NCBI GenBank assembly: GCA_946965045.2
Contig: OX337232.1
Location: 3,844,001 to 3,908,000 of the forward strand
Direction of reading: 5' to 3'
Source of the DNA: Epithemia pelagica
Taxonomy: Eukaryota; Protista; Bacillariophyta
Length of the DNA: 64,000 nucleotides
The position numbers and the translations under genes are program-made. Positions 11,550 to 24,118 of this stretch are shown here, piece after piece; the first letter of the stretch is position 1; each line of letters begins with the position of its first letter. Under the pieces are notes generated by a model. That model was not told the DNA's origin and did not search any database. It worked only from the letters and a program-made list of their open reading frames with translations.

Positions 11550-12075
11550 TTTCTGACCGGCCAGCGTGTCCAGATCATGCGAGCTGCAGTTTCGAGCGAG
11601 CCGAGCGTTCGAAGAGCAAAAGAGGTCATCTTGGCCATCTGTTTTGTCGGCGTTGTTTCCACCCAAACACAAACCATGGAACGGCCAATCCACACATGAG
11701 ATTTTGCTTCAGCATCTGGAGAAAAATCCATACACTAGACAAGAGAGGCCCGCAGCTATCAAAGCTTTCCCCAGATCCATCTATTAATGGGACCACGGGA
11801 GTGTGTTCCAAAGTGACAAGGAGTAACTTGTATTGGATTCATCGCTCTGCGTGGGTCTCCAGTCTCCACCACCTGCTCATGGATTGCGAGACAATTCCGA
11901 TTGGTGGAGATTACAGGCTTTGTCACGCTGGAACGGGACAAGTTCGAGGTACAAAGGGGAATGATGGTTGTGGATTCATTTGTGAAGACTACCTCAAAAT
12001 GCTCATGGCAACCATTGGTGTAGGGGCTAACGCGTCCAGTTCGCAGTGTCAACAAGTCGTTGGCTCCAGGGCATG
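11550..12075 (+). repeat. Dispersed repeat (~0.5 kb), inverted homologue of ~20660-21190
   Basis: Long matching tracts such as gctcttcgaacgctcggctcgctcgaaac and gacaattcc.at.ggtgga on the opposite strand. Confidence 0.75.
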
Positions 12076-12509
12076 GTCGTACGCAAACGCATGCCACGTG
12101 GTTATTCTCTCCCCATTTAGCATTTAGCTGTCCACGATTAACAAGCAGTTGCGAGACATCATGACCAAACTGCAATAGTCTGCCACCGATCTGCAGAGTG
12201 GAACGAGGAGGAGGAGCAATCCATGGCTCCAGCAATCATCTACCACCGAGCTATACTCGATTCTACAGAGCACAACGAGGAAGAAGACCATTAAGGGTAG
12301 CAAAAACAATGACTCTCTAACAACAGACAGGGCTGCCTCCCCACACGCCATGATCATGATGATTATGAATGATACATACCATAGAGTTACAACACAACAG
12401 AAACCAGGATTGGTCAGAATCCTTTTCGTGCTCCACCAAACAAACAAACAACCAAAACATGTGATGGATCTCTAGTACCACACCCCTGGACCACTGATAC
12501 GGTCGCATG

Positions 12510-14239
12510 TCACTGCGAGTTTTTGTCCAACGGTGGTGGTGAGGACAAGGACGTCGGAGCAGGAGTATAGTGCGGATGCTGGGAAGAATGATAGGACGTC
12601 GACGACGAACCAGCACCATGCTGCGAATGGTGATAGTAGGCTGCCATTGTACTGGTGGACGGCGGTGGGTATGATTGCGGATCATGCGGAGTGGTGGTCG
12701 GTTGTGAAGACCGAGGAGGATAGGAGGAGGACAGTGATGCAGCAGAAGTACTACTAGGAGCTCCTCCTTGAACTGCCGTCGGACTCCTGTTGTTGTTGCT
12801 GTTGTACACGGAATGAGACGAGAATGACAGTGGTCCTCCTCCTCCTCGATCACCACCACTTGGTTGTGTCGATGTGCTCCAGGAGGCACTCGGGTGCTGC
12901 TGCTGTGCAATTCCGAGAGGATAACCAGAATCCGACTGATGATGATGATGATGTTGATCTTGCAGGTGTGATGGTGGTGGTGGCTCGGAAGATGGAGTCC
13001 CTGTCTGCAGTGGTGGTTGTGGATGAAAGGACGACGACGACAACAAAGTAGAACGAGGAGTGTTGTTGTGGTTGCCACCAGGAGTGCTGCTCCTGCTGCT
13101 GGGATCTTGTTGTTGTTGTTCTCGAGGAAAGTACGAAGGAGGAGGACCGGATAAATTGGAGGTTGAAATGGGAGGTGGAGGATTTGGTAGATGGTGGTGG
13201 TGGTGGTGCTGCTGCGGATTGTTTGCAACCGCCAGAAAGCCCGATGATGATGATGAAGAAGAAGAGTGAACAGAGACTGGACCGGAAGGCATTGGTGCTC
13301 CTGGATAGGGACCACCATAAGGACCTCTTCCTCCTCCTCCAATCAAGGATGATCCGGGGTACGGAGGGTGATTGTGTGGAAACGCAGTTTGAGGATGATA
13401 TCCGCGTCCCTGAAAAGGATGAGCACCAGACCGAAGCATGACCATACTCGCATCCTTAGGGAGGAACCAAAACAACCAAAAAGAATTATTAGACCAGACA
13501 GAAATCCTGTAAGACTACGATGGTCCATCGCTCCATCTGCTGTTTTGTTGGAGAAGACTCTACAGAAGAAACCAAACGACTCGTTCGTCTAAAGGACTAC
13601 AACCACTCCTAGAGAAGTAGCAAGCCTATCCACAGAACAACAACAACAACAAGAGCTTACCTTTTCGTGATGGTGGCTTTCCCCTAGAGTACCCCGGCTT
13701 TGCTTGAGCTCTTGGATTTCTTGACTCATGCGACGAATCGTTTCAGTCGCCTTTTGGATGAGATCATTACGGGTCATTTTGGTTTCCCCACTGTCACTGT
13801 TGTTGTCGTCATTGCCACCCATGGAGCCTTTGTGAGATCGTTTGGTACTAGAAGACCGTCCGGTATTGTCGGAAATGTCGAGAATGGCACCTCCAAAGGC
13901 GGCCGGATCGACTTCAGCCAAAATTTGACTCAAATTCAAAAAGCCTTCCTTTTCCTCTCGTCGACGATCCTTTTCTCTCCGTCGTTTCCGTTCCGATTTG
14001 CGACGTTCGTGGTCCTTGTGAATGCGAGTTCGTTCGTCCTCCTCATCCTCCTCTTGGTGATTGTGTGGGTGGTGGGAATGTTGGACTCCTCCTACAAATG
14101 GCGGCTGTGGTGGTGGTGGTTGGAGATGTTCCTCCTCCAGACCACCACCATAACTACCCGTGCTACGATGGGCCACAGAAGCATGGTCCTCCACCACAGC
14201 AGCAGCATCACCATTGGAAGACGAAGGGAGTTCCATCAT
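12510..14239 (-). CDS. bHLH transcription factor; exons 14239-13661 and 13454-12510
   Basis: KSERKRRREKDRRREE…L..IL…TRNDLIQKATETIRRM helix-loop-helix. AAG|gtaagc donor, ctaat branch, taag|GAT acceptor, phase 0. P/S/H/Q-rich tail. Confidence 0.85.
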
Positions 14240-14693
14240 TCCTTTCTTACTACAAGAGCGAGACGAATAATAATCAGGGACGTTGGTCCAGGAAGCTTTC
14301 TGCTGGTTGTTGTTGTTGTTTATTCTTCGACAAACTCCAGCCGTTTGGTTGAACGCAATGGCCGAGGCGACACACTTCTTCTCTCTAGTTATATTGGTGC
14401 GTGTGTGCTATTGGATGATGATGATGATTGTCGTTCGTTCATACCGTCTTGTCTCAAGTTCCGGACGTTCGTTCCAAGCGAGAGAGCGAGAGTGTTCGCA
14501 TTTCGCAATGCCGTTGGTGAGGCGATATAGGCGATGCTGCTTTGTGAGCACGACATGGTCAATGGACGAATGGGTAGTCGGTAGGGGCATAGTGTACCGT
14601 GGATTCCGTCGCGAGTCGCGAGCCTCCATAACGCGCTTAAGGCGTTAATTCAACACGTGCGCCGAAGGCGAATGGTGTGTCCTTATCTATTCT

Positions 14694-14922
14694 CTAGTGT
14701 CTAGTCTACCGGTCTCTGTCCTCATATGAGGACATGATGTCCAAGATATTAAAGCCTGGCAACCTTTACCAAGAGTACTATGACCAAACTAAACCTGAGG
14801 AAAACGATGGTGCCATCCATTTTTCTCTATGCTGCAAAGAATACCATGAACTGAGATGTGCCAAATGTGTCCTCATATGAGGATATGTCCTTATATGAGG
14901 ACAATGGTAGACTAGACACTAG
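14694..14922. mobile_element. MITE with 17-bp perfect TIR and internal palindromes
   Basis: ctagtgtctagtctacc (14694-14710) and ggtagactagacactag (14906-14922). Palindrome gtcctcatatgaggac once on the left and in two near copies on the right. Confidence 0.8.
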
Positions 14923-15558
14923 CTCAGAAAACTGCTTCCGTTTCTGCCATCGATAGAACGACAACGAATGGCACCTTGGGTAGCGACGTATCGACGGAAT
15001 GACCAAATTACAATTTGTCATTGATCGCTACTTGCTCTACGATAGTCGCTAGCTAGGTGGTAGGTGGCGCTCCTTTGAGTACCCTGAAGTAGAGGTGGCT
15101 GGGAACAGGAGACGAGAACACTGGGCAGCAGAGGGAATGGCTCTCTCTAGCTAGGAGACGGAAACACTCTGTCGAAACCATTTTTCATGGTAGTTGCCTA
15201 TCTCTACCGGTAGATACTCGCAATTCTTGGACGACTACCTACTTGCGATCGAAGGACCAACCTCATTCGACGTTTCGACAAGCGTCGATCGGATCCCCAC
15301 AAACAACTGGACCGCTGTCCAAGTCCATTCCAACCAGAAACTGCACTGTCGGCTGTTTCGTACTTTCTACTTTTCACACGCACGTTGCCCATCCCAACCA
15401 TCTTCTATTGTACGGAGAAAACATCAACAATCAACATAAAAGGAATAAAAGGAACATCGCCTAAGCCCCAAACCCAAAAGGCCTTGTCACTTCTCTAGAG
15501 AGGTTGTTACCGCGAGCTCAAATCGATGCGGGTAGGGTTTTCGCGAATCTCATCCTTT

Positions 15559-16789
15559 GCGGGTCCAAATACCAGCGTGTTTCGCAGTTCCGCACTACTA
15601 TGGGTTTTATGTACTCTGCACAAATTTGACGTATGGGCGGTCATACCCCCCAGCGGGGCTGAGTCATGAGGCTTACAATAGTGATTCGATTCTGGTGTGC
15701 AAAGTCTTTCTCACCCCCACGGCGCGTCCCTTGCGCACTCGACTTTGACACAAACCTCGCAACCACTCCGCGCATTCACCACGGCACTGGAGGTGATGCG
15801 ATCGTCCATGGCCCATCATCACTGCCCAAAGGCCACCATCATCCAAAACAAGGCGCATGTGGACTGTATGACTCGATGGTGGTGCGGAAAGGTTGACATT
15901 GGCTTACCAAGGTCCATGGTAGGCAGCAACAAAAGCATCGCCCAAAACAACCTTCTTCTCACCCATTATTCCTTTCTATCAGGCATCGGCGATGTTCCCC
16001 CTCTTCCTTTCTCTCCTTCCTTCGTTGATTCCATCGGCCTATCTTTATCCCATGGAAAACAAGGCCCTCAGCACTCGACAACAACAACAACATTGGGGTC
16101 TTCGCTCTCCACACACAACAACACAAATTAAGCTCAAAGATACGAAGCACCAAGATCACACAGCAATCACCTCTCGTTTGTTGCATCTAGCTTCTCCAAA
16201 GACAAAGACAACAACACAACAATCAACCATAGTTTGTGACATGGATGGTGAAATAGACAATCCCCAAGCACGAGTCTTCTTGCCGTTGTAATCGGAAAAG
16301 CCTGGTTGATTGTGGTTTCGAGCGAATGCGAAGCTTCCATTTGGTCTGTGGAGGTGCAAGGGAGGCTTGCGGAAGGTTGGATCAAAAGGAGAGCTTGCAT
16401 GGATGGATGGATGGAAAGGAGAGCTTGCATGGATGGATGGAAAGGATGGTCATCTGCCTCGTTGTTGGTGTGGTTGTTCTTGGTGGTGGTATGCAGACCA
16501 TAAAGAGACTCGTTGCGGCGGGTTTCGGAGGCAACCGCAGGTTCACGATGGTCCGGTGGGGTAAGGGAGACATGTTGGTCATCTTGGGTGAAGGATTGAA
16601 CGTTCATGGGTGATGTTATGACACTCTCAAGATTGGCTCCGTGGTGAATGTGTGATGTGTTTTGGTGGTTTGTGTCAAAGTCGAGAAATCGCACCCTCGC
16701 GCCGTGGGGGTGAATAAGACTATGCACCTCGAATTCACGACACACACCAAATCGGTGCACCCACTGCGAGTAGCGCGGATCGGACCCGC
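15559..16789. mobile_element. Degenerate foldback-like element with long imperfect inverted ends
   Basis: gcgggtcc…tcacccccacggcgcg…ctcgactttgacacaaacc (15559-15755) has its reverse complement at ~16666-16789. No TSD seen. Confidence 0.5.
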
Positions 16790-17171
16790 CAGTCTCTTTC
16801 GTTGCGGTGCAAAGGAGCCGCGGTAACAACCTCTACACTTCTCATATTATTGTAAGTCGTTTGGCCGTATTCTGAATTCTGAGCCGACGGTTCTCCTTGT
16901 AAACATGAGTCCTCTTATCCACAAACCATATTGTATTAGGCTAGCTAGAGTAATCGACGCATGCAGTGTTCGCGATGGCTCGCATCTTCGGACAGACGGT
17001 CGGTCGCTCTGTACAAGTCTGCCGGTCCCGTATGACTCATCTGTGTCCGTCAACTCTTCGAATTTCCTGCCACGTGCCGCCAGCCGCCAGATTCGCGCAG
17101 TCGCGGAATTTCTGCGAGGGAGGATGATTCCATTGTTCTTCAATGGACCGAGTTCTGAGTTCGACCACACC

Positions 17172-19924
17172 ATGATGGACTCCTCCTCCGCATCCTCACC
17201 GCCACAGCCGCAACAACAAGGGCAACAACAACCATCTTCCACAACTCCATCCAACCACACTGCAACCAATTTGGCCGACAATCGTAAAACAAGCAAAAGG
17301 AAACGGCGAACTGCTGCTGCAAGCCGCCGCTGGACAAATGATGCCACCGAACAAAAGCCCTTGCTGGCGGCCGATCAAAAGACAGTGTCCATTCCTCTTT
17401 GGGAATTGCAGCAACAGCAAGAACCACAAGACAATCTAGAAGCTGCGGATGATGCAAGAGCAGCGGATCCCTTGGCCATTCCGATTCGCGTTCGTTCCCC
17501 ACAACAAGAATCACCTGTACCGAATCGTCCTCTGCACACCAAACCTCCTCCTTCTTCTGCTTCGGTTCGACAGGCACCACCTTCCAAGCCACAGCCCCGA
17601 CCACGTCGTAATCCTTCTCGTCGTCGTCGAAATCGTCCCGGTGGTGGTCCTCCCTTGTCGTCGGTGGCTCCTCCTCCTTCGACAGCACGGTCCGACAGTC
17701 TGCAGTTTCGGGTCACGGACCTTCCTCCTCTTTCGTGGACCATTTTGTTTGCCTGTCAACATGGATTAACCTTGGTGGGGGGATTGGTCTTGGTCCCCTT
17801 GACTATTGTGCCGTTAATGGGTGGCACAACGCAACAAGCGGCCCACTTGATTGGCACCACTTACTTTTGTACCGGCTTGAATACCTTGCTGCAAACGACG
17901 TTGCTCGGCACACGGTTGCCCATTGTGCAAGTCACGTCGCTGGCCTATTTGCCACCGACGCTTAGTATTATTGCCCATGCCGACTTGCAAGCCATTCGCC
18001 ATCCGGAAGAACGCTTTGACGAAACCTTGGCCGTCCTGTCGGGAGCCTTGTTGGTGACGGGCCTCGTCCAAACCCTGCTCGCCACGAGTGGTGCCGTCGT
18101 GCCCTTGTTGCGCTTCGTGTCACCCGTCACGATTGCCTGTGTCACGAGTACCATTGGCTTGGGCTATTACAATGTCGGCTTGGAACAAGTCGCCACCTGT
18201 CCCTCCATGGGTTTTACCTTGATTGTTGTGGCCGTCGTGTGCAGTCAAGTCTTGAGACCAACGACCACGACCAATCGAGTCGGACCACGCCGCCGACACG
18301 AGGTCCATTCCAGGTCCCAGTCGTCCCAACCACAACAACATGCAGACGATGATCCATCGGCCCTCACGTCCACGACCTATGGAGTAGGACGATCGCCCTT
18401 CTTTTCCTCTCTCGGTACCTCGCTGCGCGAATTGGTGTCTCTCATTCCACTCTTGTTGGCCATGTCCGTGACGTGGGGTTTGTCGGCGCTCTTGACCCAC
18501 TTGGACGTCTGGGAAGATACCGATGACGACAAGAATTTGTGTCGCACCACGTCCGACGTGAATCTGGACGACATGCCCTGGTTTCAAGTCCCCGGTATAT
18601 GGTCCAATCGTCACGGCCAGTGGCCCGGAGTCCGATTCAAACTCTACGGTACGTACGTCTGTTTATGTGTGTGTCGGCAGGTGTGGAACCAAAACAAAAT
18701 GGAGCCAACGCACTGTGGATCGTGGAATGTTCCTATATAGAGTGTTGGAAGTGTATGTGTGTTTCTTTCTCTCTCTCTCATGTGTGTGTGTGTGTGTGCG
18801 TGTCATCGTTTGGTGTCAATGCCTTTGTTGTTGCACTGTTCTACGACTGATACTCTGTACTACTTACTGGTATACTCTCTCTATTAGCCATTGTTCCCAT
18901 GGTGGCAGCCATGATAGTGAGCATGATTGAATCAGTGGGGGACTATTATACTTGTGCGCGGGTCAGTGGGGCACCGCCTCCGACACCAGGTATCATTAGT
19001 CGAGGATTGGCGGCTGAAGGGGTCAGCGTCATGGTGGCGGGGTTGTTTCGACAAGGAGCGGGATCCACCTCGTCCAGTGGCGATATTGCCATTGTGGCCT
19101 TGACGGGTGTCGCCTCCCGGGCCGTCCTGCAAGTGGCGGCCCTCCTGCTCATGGTGGTAGGGACATTGGGCAAGGTGTCGGCCACCTTGGCGTCCTTACC
19201 GCCCGGCATTGTCGGTGGGGTCTTTTGTGTCGTCTTGGCCTCTCTGGTGGCCGTCGGATGGACCAATTTGCAATTTGTCTCGATGCGACAGGATCGCAAT
19301 GTCTTTATTTTGGGCTTTTGTCTCTTTAATTCCTTGTCCATTGCCGGGCCAGGCGGATACTTTTCCACCATTGATCACAATCCCTTTTTATTTGGCACTG
19401 ATTCGTCATCCTCTTCGGTGTGGGCCGACATTGGCTTGGCCTTGTGCAGTAGTCCCATGGTGATTTCCTTGGTCGTGGCCTTGGTCTTGGACAATACCAT
19501 TCCCGCCACGGCGCGGGACCGTGGGTTGCACGCCTGGAGTCGCGCGCGACACGCACAAGTCCACAACGATGCCGACTATGTCCAAACCTATTCCTTGCCC
19601 TGGCCACGACTGTGTTGTGGCAATTGCGGTTATTTGGAAGCTTGTCATGGCGGTATTTGGCCCGAGCCACCCGTCGATAATGTCTGGCAAGGAGGGCACG
19701 GTGACTTGTGGCACTTTTGGTGGCCTCCCACCAAACCATTCCATCACCGGAACAACCATCACAATTCCGACAGTAACACCACACGAGCCCTTCTCGAACG
19801 TCAACAGCAACCACAACAGCAACCACAACCGTCCTTATCATCCCAACAACGAGACGGTCCGCCCGTCCGACCCCTGACGGAACAAGAATTGGAAGTCGAA
19901 TTGCAATCCTACTATTCCACCTAA
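17172..19924 (+). CDS. Nucleobase-ascorbate transporter (NAT/NCS2, SLC23-like); exons 17172-18648 and 18888-19924
   Basis: FACQH (TM1), SMIESVGDYYTCAR, ISRGLAAEG, NLQFV…RNVFILGF. Phase-1 intron G|gtacgt…attag|CC. The frame is open from 16905, so the start is uncertain. Confidence 0.9.
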
Positions 19925-20659
19925 TCTATAGTTTGTTGGGGGTGGAGCAGTATACCAAATGGAGTGTGGTCCCCCTCCGTGAGCATCTTGCCAACGACAA
20001 CTAAAAAGCTATGCGCGGCTCTCTCTCTGTTTGGAAATTCACCGTTTTGCTGGTTGGCAGACCACTGGTCATTTTCTCCCTCCACAGCACCACACAGACA
20101 GACAGCGCGCACTTTTGGTGTTCCACGACGCTGTTCTCTCTCTCATGATATGGCTCTTGCACCACAAACGAACTTGATGCTCCGGAACACGTCCCGTGGA
20201 AGCAACTCAACTGCACAAGTAGGTGCCGTGTATCTAGAGGGTCTGCTGTCGACTCGGAACAACTGGATACTCGTATGATGCGGCTTGTACCTTATATATC
20301 GGACTATATTTAGTTTTAGGATTTCTTCTCAAAGAAACAAACCGCTGCATTGTAGACTGTGGGAATGCCATTCTGCGGCTCCTTAGTGACCCTCCTCTTT
20401 GAGATGTTGTTCAAGGTTAGATGGAATGCAACCGCGATGGTAAAGATACGTTTCCACCATGCTTGCCAATGTCCAATGCTTGGTGGTAGGCGATCCCAAA
20501 GGCATGGGCATCCGGGTGATTGGCTCCAAGGTGGGGATGGTTCTTGGCCACAACCTTGGATTTCTTTTACAACAAGCCAATTCGACTGTTTTGATCCTGC
20601 AAGGTCGTGGCAACGGTCATTTGTTCTTGGGCCCGAGAGCCAACCAGTTTGTACAATGC

Positions 20660-21190
20660 CCTGCAACCAGCGACTCGTTGACACTGCAAAAGGGACGCGT
20701 TGGACCCTAGTAGGCCAATGGTTGCATGAGCAGCTTCACAAAATGAATCCACAACCATCATTCCCCTGTTGTGGAACGTACCTCGAACTTGTCCCGTTCC
20801 GGCGTGATAAAGCCTGTCATCTCCACCGATAGGAATTGTCTTGCAATCTATGAGCAGCTGGTGGAGACCAAAGCACAGCGATGGAACCAATACAAGTCAC
20901 CTCTTGTCACTCTAGAACACACTACGGTGTGCCATTCGATGGGGAAAAATCCAGTGGGGAACGCTTTGATTGGTGTTGGAATCTCTGGCGTGTGGCATGG
21001 ATTTTTCTCTAGATAATGAGGCAAAAGTGCATATGGGTGGATTGGCCGTTCCATGGTTTGTGTTGGGGTGGGCGACAAGATGGGGGAGGGATGGACGACG
21101 ACAAAGAGCAAAAGATGAGAGACTTGGCTCTTCGAACGCTCGGCTCGCTCGAAACCGCATCTTGTCACGCTGGCCGGCCCATGATCGCGT
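20660..21190 (-). repeat. Dispersed repeat, inverted homologue of 11550-12075
   Basis: See partner copy. Confidence 0.75.
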
Positions 21191-21632
21191 CTGGGTCGCT
21201 TTAATCATTCCAACTTTGCTGACGTGTCTTCATGCGCACCTGCCGATCCTCACACGCTCACACAATCGCCATGGAGCAGTTGGTCGTCTTCTGTCAACAG
21301 ACACCGAAGACCGAAGTCTTGTGTGTCATCTGTTTCGCTGCTGCGGCTGCACACCAGTAGCACACAATCATCACACACAAACGTGCACAAACTGCGTCCA
21401 GGAGCACCACACAGTCCGTGTTTGATTCCTCAGTCCTTTTGTGATGGATGGATCAAGACAAGAGTGAGAGAACCTCAGTGTACAGTCTTTTCTGGATCCA
21501 CCCATACAATAGTACTTCTCTATAGCTGCACAACGGAGTAGCACCGCTCGATTCTACAACACAACAACAAAACCACAAAACCACAAACACACAACAACAA
21601 TCACTATCATTTCCAACTACTAATTCAAGACC

Positions 21633-23966
21633 ATGAGACGAGTCACCGGAACGATTCGGATTCGAGGTGGTGATGGTGGTGTCGCTCTTGTATTAGTACC
21701 AAATGTTACAGCCAGGACACAACGACAACCACACCAGAGCACTCTTCTCAGCCGTCTGCCCCAACGAGCGTTGTCCACCATGCTGAATCACAACTCTCCT
21801 CCTCCTCCTTCAACAACAACCAGAACAACCAGAAATCCAACAAGCCAAAACCAGATGCAACCGCGTTCCTCGGCAAAGAAGAACCGGATGCACCGACCCA
21901 CTGTATCATACACCAACAATGCTCCTACTCCTACTACTCCTACCATGACGACTCGGTGGATGGTGGGCCTCTATTCCTGGCGCCATTACTTGTTTGCGTC
22001 GTCGTCCATGAGAACGACAAGGTCATCCTTGGACCGAGTGGGTGCCACTTGTACTTCTTTTGATGCAGCATCATTACCACCACCACGCGTTGAGTTTACC
22101 ACCTTTGACACGGAATCCCAAGCCCACGAGTGGTACCAGGCCCATGACCACTGTTCTCGCATTCTCTGGCAACAACAGCAGCCGCAGCAGTCCAATGACT
22201 GCCAGCACACAACGAGTGACCACTCACCACCACCACCGCAACAGGATGACAATGACAACACGGTGAACAAGGCCAGATGCCTACACCCAAGGGACCACAA
22301 TTCTGTTTCTCGTTGTTCCGGTTGTTCGGTATGGGACCATTTTGCCTCCTCGCATACCTTAGTGGCCTGTTCCACCGCCTTTTGGGATGTTCAAGGGCTC
22401 GGTGTGGCCACTCTGTGGTTGGGACCACCACCGCCAGCAGTGACAGGGAAACAACAGGGTACTACAGCCACGACACCAACAACCACCACTACAACTACAG
22501 GTGCAACACCAAACCATGACTACCCCGCCGTCTCGCGACAAGCCATTGTCCAAGCCTTGCAACAAGGACTGGTGCCCTTTGTGCCTCCTCAACGCACACC
22601 CTCGGTCCAATGGAGTGTCAAGTGGAGTCTGCAAGCCGTCACGGCCACCATACGAGCAGCGAGTCGTAGTTCGAAAATGAATTCGAATACAAAACAACAA
22701 AAGGACCGTTTCCCTTCTCTTTTGCCTACTTCCACTGGACAGTCTCGGTGCTCTCCATTGTCCTGGCCGTTTCGAAATAAAATTTTAAAGAACAGTCGTT
22801 TGGCAGGCATGGCGGCGTGGAATGGAAATGCCACCACTGCCACCTCCAACAACGACAACAACCACGATGAATTTCCATCCTTGTCGTCGTCATCGTCCCT
22901 GTTGTCGAATCATCATCGTCGTGCCATGGCCCATTTTGGGACGGCTCCCCATCGCAATGCGTCCCTGTGTTATTTTCCCGTCGATACCTTTCCTCATGTT
23001 CGGGGTCATGTCGCCTTGACCTTGGACGATGCACCCTGTCGATTTCACAGTCCAAATCCAACAACGGCAGTGTCCGCCTCGTTGGTTCCCGCCGTTCGAA
23101 GCTTGTTGCACCAGTACCAGGCCCAAGCGACATTTATGGTGGTGGGACACTGGGTTCGCCGCAGTACTGATCATCAATCCTCCCTGATTGACTTGATTCA
23201 AGACGGTCATGAACTCGCCAATCATGGCATGTTGGATCAATCGTACGAATTTGCATCGCCCCACGAATTTGGTCAAGCTGTACACGAGTGTCAAGACATT
23301 TTGGAATCACTGTACGACGAGGCTGCTGCCGGAGTCGTCACGTCGGCGGATCATTATTCTTCTGTTCCTCGCTTGCGGTGGTTCCGACCCCCACATGGTC
23401 GATACACACAAGCCATGGAAACGGTCTTGGACGAGCAGGGCTTGTTGCCCGTCCTGTGCGATGCCTATGCCTCGTGTCCCATTGTGCAAGATGGACCCTT
23501 TGTCGCCCAACAATTACTCCATCAAGTTCAAGATGGATCCATTCTCTTGTTGCACATGCCCGAACGACATGTGCGACCCTGGTGTTGGACCGCCTTGCAA
23601 CTCGTCTTGCAACACTTGAAGCATCACAACTGGAGGGTTGTCACATTGTCCCACTTGGCACACTTGGCCAGTTTGTCCGTTCCCGAACAAGCACCACCAC
23701 AGCAAGCAGCAACCAATGAGGACGAGTGGAATGAAACGACATGGAGGAGAACGAACAAACCCGTGTGGTGGCAGGTGCATCCTCAATTTCAACCAGCACT
23801 GAAACGAAAACAACCATCCACACCCAACGACCCAGTGCCATTCTCCGCCCCGTCGTTGCCCTTGCTCGTGTCTTCTCCAAAGATTTGGAACGAGTGGAAG
23901 ACCCGCTCTTTGGACTTGTCGTCGTTGATGTTTCGTCGCAAGAATCAACAAGAAGAAGGACCGTAA
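21633..23966 (+). CDS. Polysaccharide deacetylase (CE4/NodB domain) with long N-terminal region
   Basis: VALTLDDAP, ATFMVVG, GHELANHG, WFRPPHG, GSILLLH motifs. Start may be 21780. Confidence 0.85.
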   Translation: MRRVTGTIRIRGGDGGVALVLVPNVTARTQRQPHQSTLLSRLPQRALSTMLNHNSPPPPSTTTRTTRNPTSQNQMQPRSSAKKNRMHRPTVSYTNNAPTPTTPTMTTRWMVGLYSWRHYLFASSSMRTTRSSLDRVGATCTSFDAASLPPPRVEFTTFDTESQAHEWYQAHDHCSRILWQQQQPQQSNDCQHTTSDHSPPPPQQDDNDNTVNKARCLHPRDHNSVSRCSGCSVWDHFASSHTLVACSTAFWDVQGLGVATLWLGPPPPAVTGKQQGTTATTPTTTTTTTGATPNHDYPAVSRQAIVQALQQGLVPFVPPQRTPSVQWSVKWSLQAVTATIRAASRSSKMNSNTKQQKDRFPSLLPTSTGQSRCSPLSWPFRNKILKNSRLAGMAAWNGNATTATSNNDNNHDEFPSLSSSSSLLSNHHRRAMAHFGTAPHRNASLCYFPVDTFPHVRGHVALTLDDAPCRFHSPNPTTAVSASLVPAVRSLLHQYQAQATFMVVGHWVRRSTDHQSSLIDLIQDGHELANHGMLDQSYEFASPHEFGQAVHECQDILESLYDEAAAGVVTSADHYSSVPRLRWFRPPHGRYTQAMETVLDEQGLLPVLCDAYASCPIVQDGPFVAQQLLHQVQDGSILLLHMPERHVRPWCWTALQLVLQHLKHHNWRVVTLSHLAHLASLSVPEQAPPQQAATNEDEWNETTWRRTNKPVWWQVHPQFQPALKRKQPSTPNDPVPFSAPSLPLLVSSPKIWNEWKTRSLDLSSLMFRRKNQQEEGP

Positions 23967-24008
23967 GAGCCCGGGGCCGTGTGAGGAGGAGGGTTACCGA
24001 TTCCTCTC

Positions 24009-24118
24009 CATGTGGCCTTGCGCGTGCGCACATTCAGACAACATTATCCTGCCGCAACAAGAGGGGAGAACTATACCCGACGACAACAACTGGCAACCGA
24101 TGATCCATCACGACAAGG
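24009..24118 (+). repeat. Dispersed repeat, homologue of 10552-10690
   Basis: See partner copy. Confidence 0.7.

Noticed and set aside
12317-14530. Long overlapping/antisense ORFs around bHLH (also at NAT, LeuRS, 41992-42714, 55055-55990)
   Set aside because: Shadow frames of real genes caused by CAA/GTT-rich, stop-poor sequence; no independent motifs.
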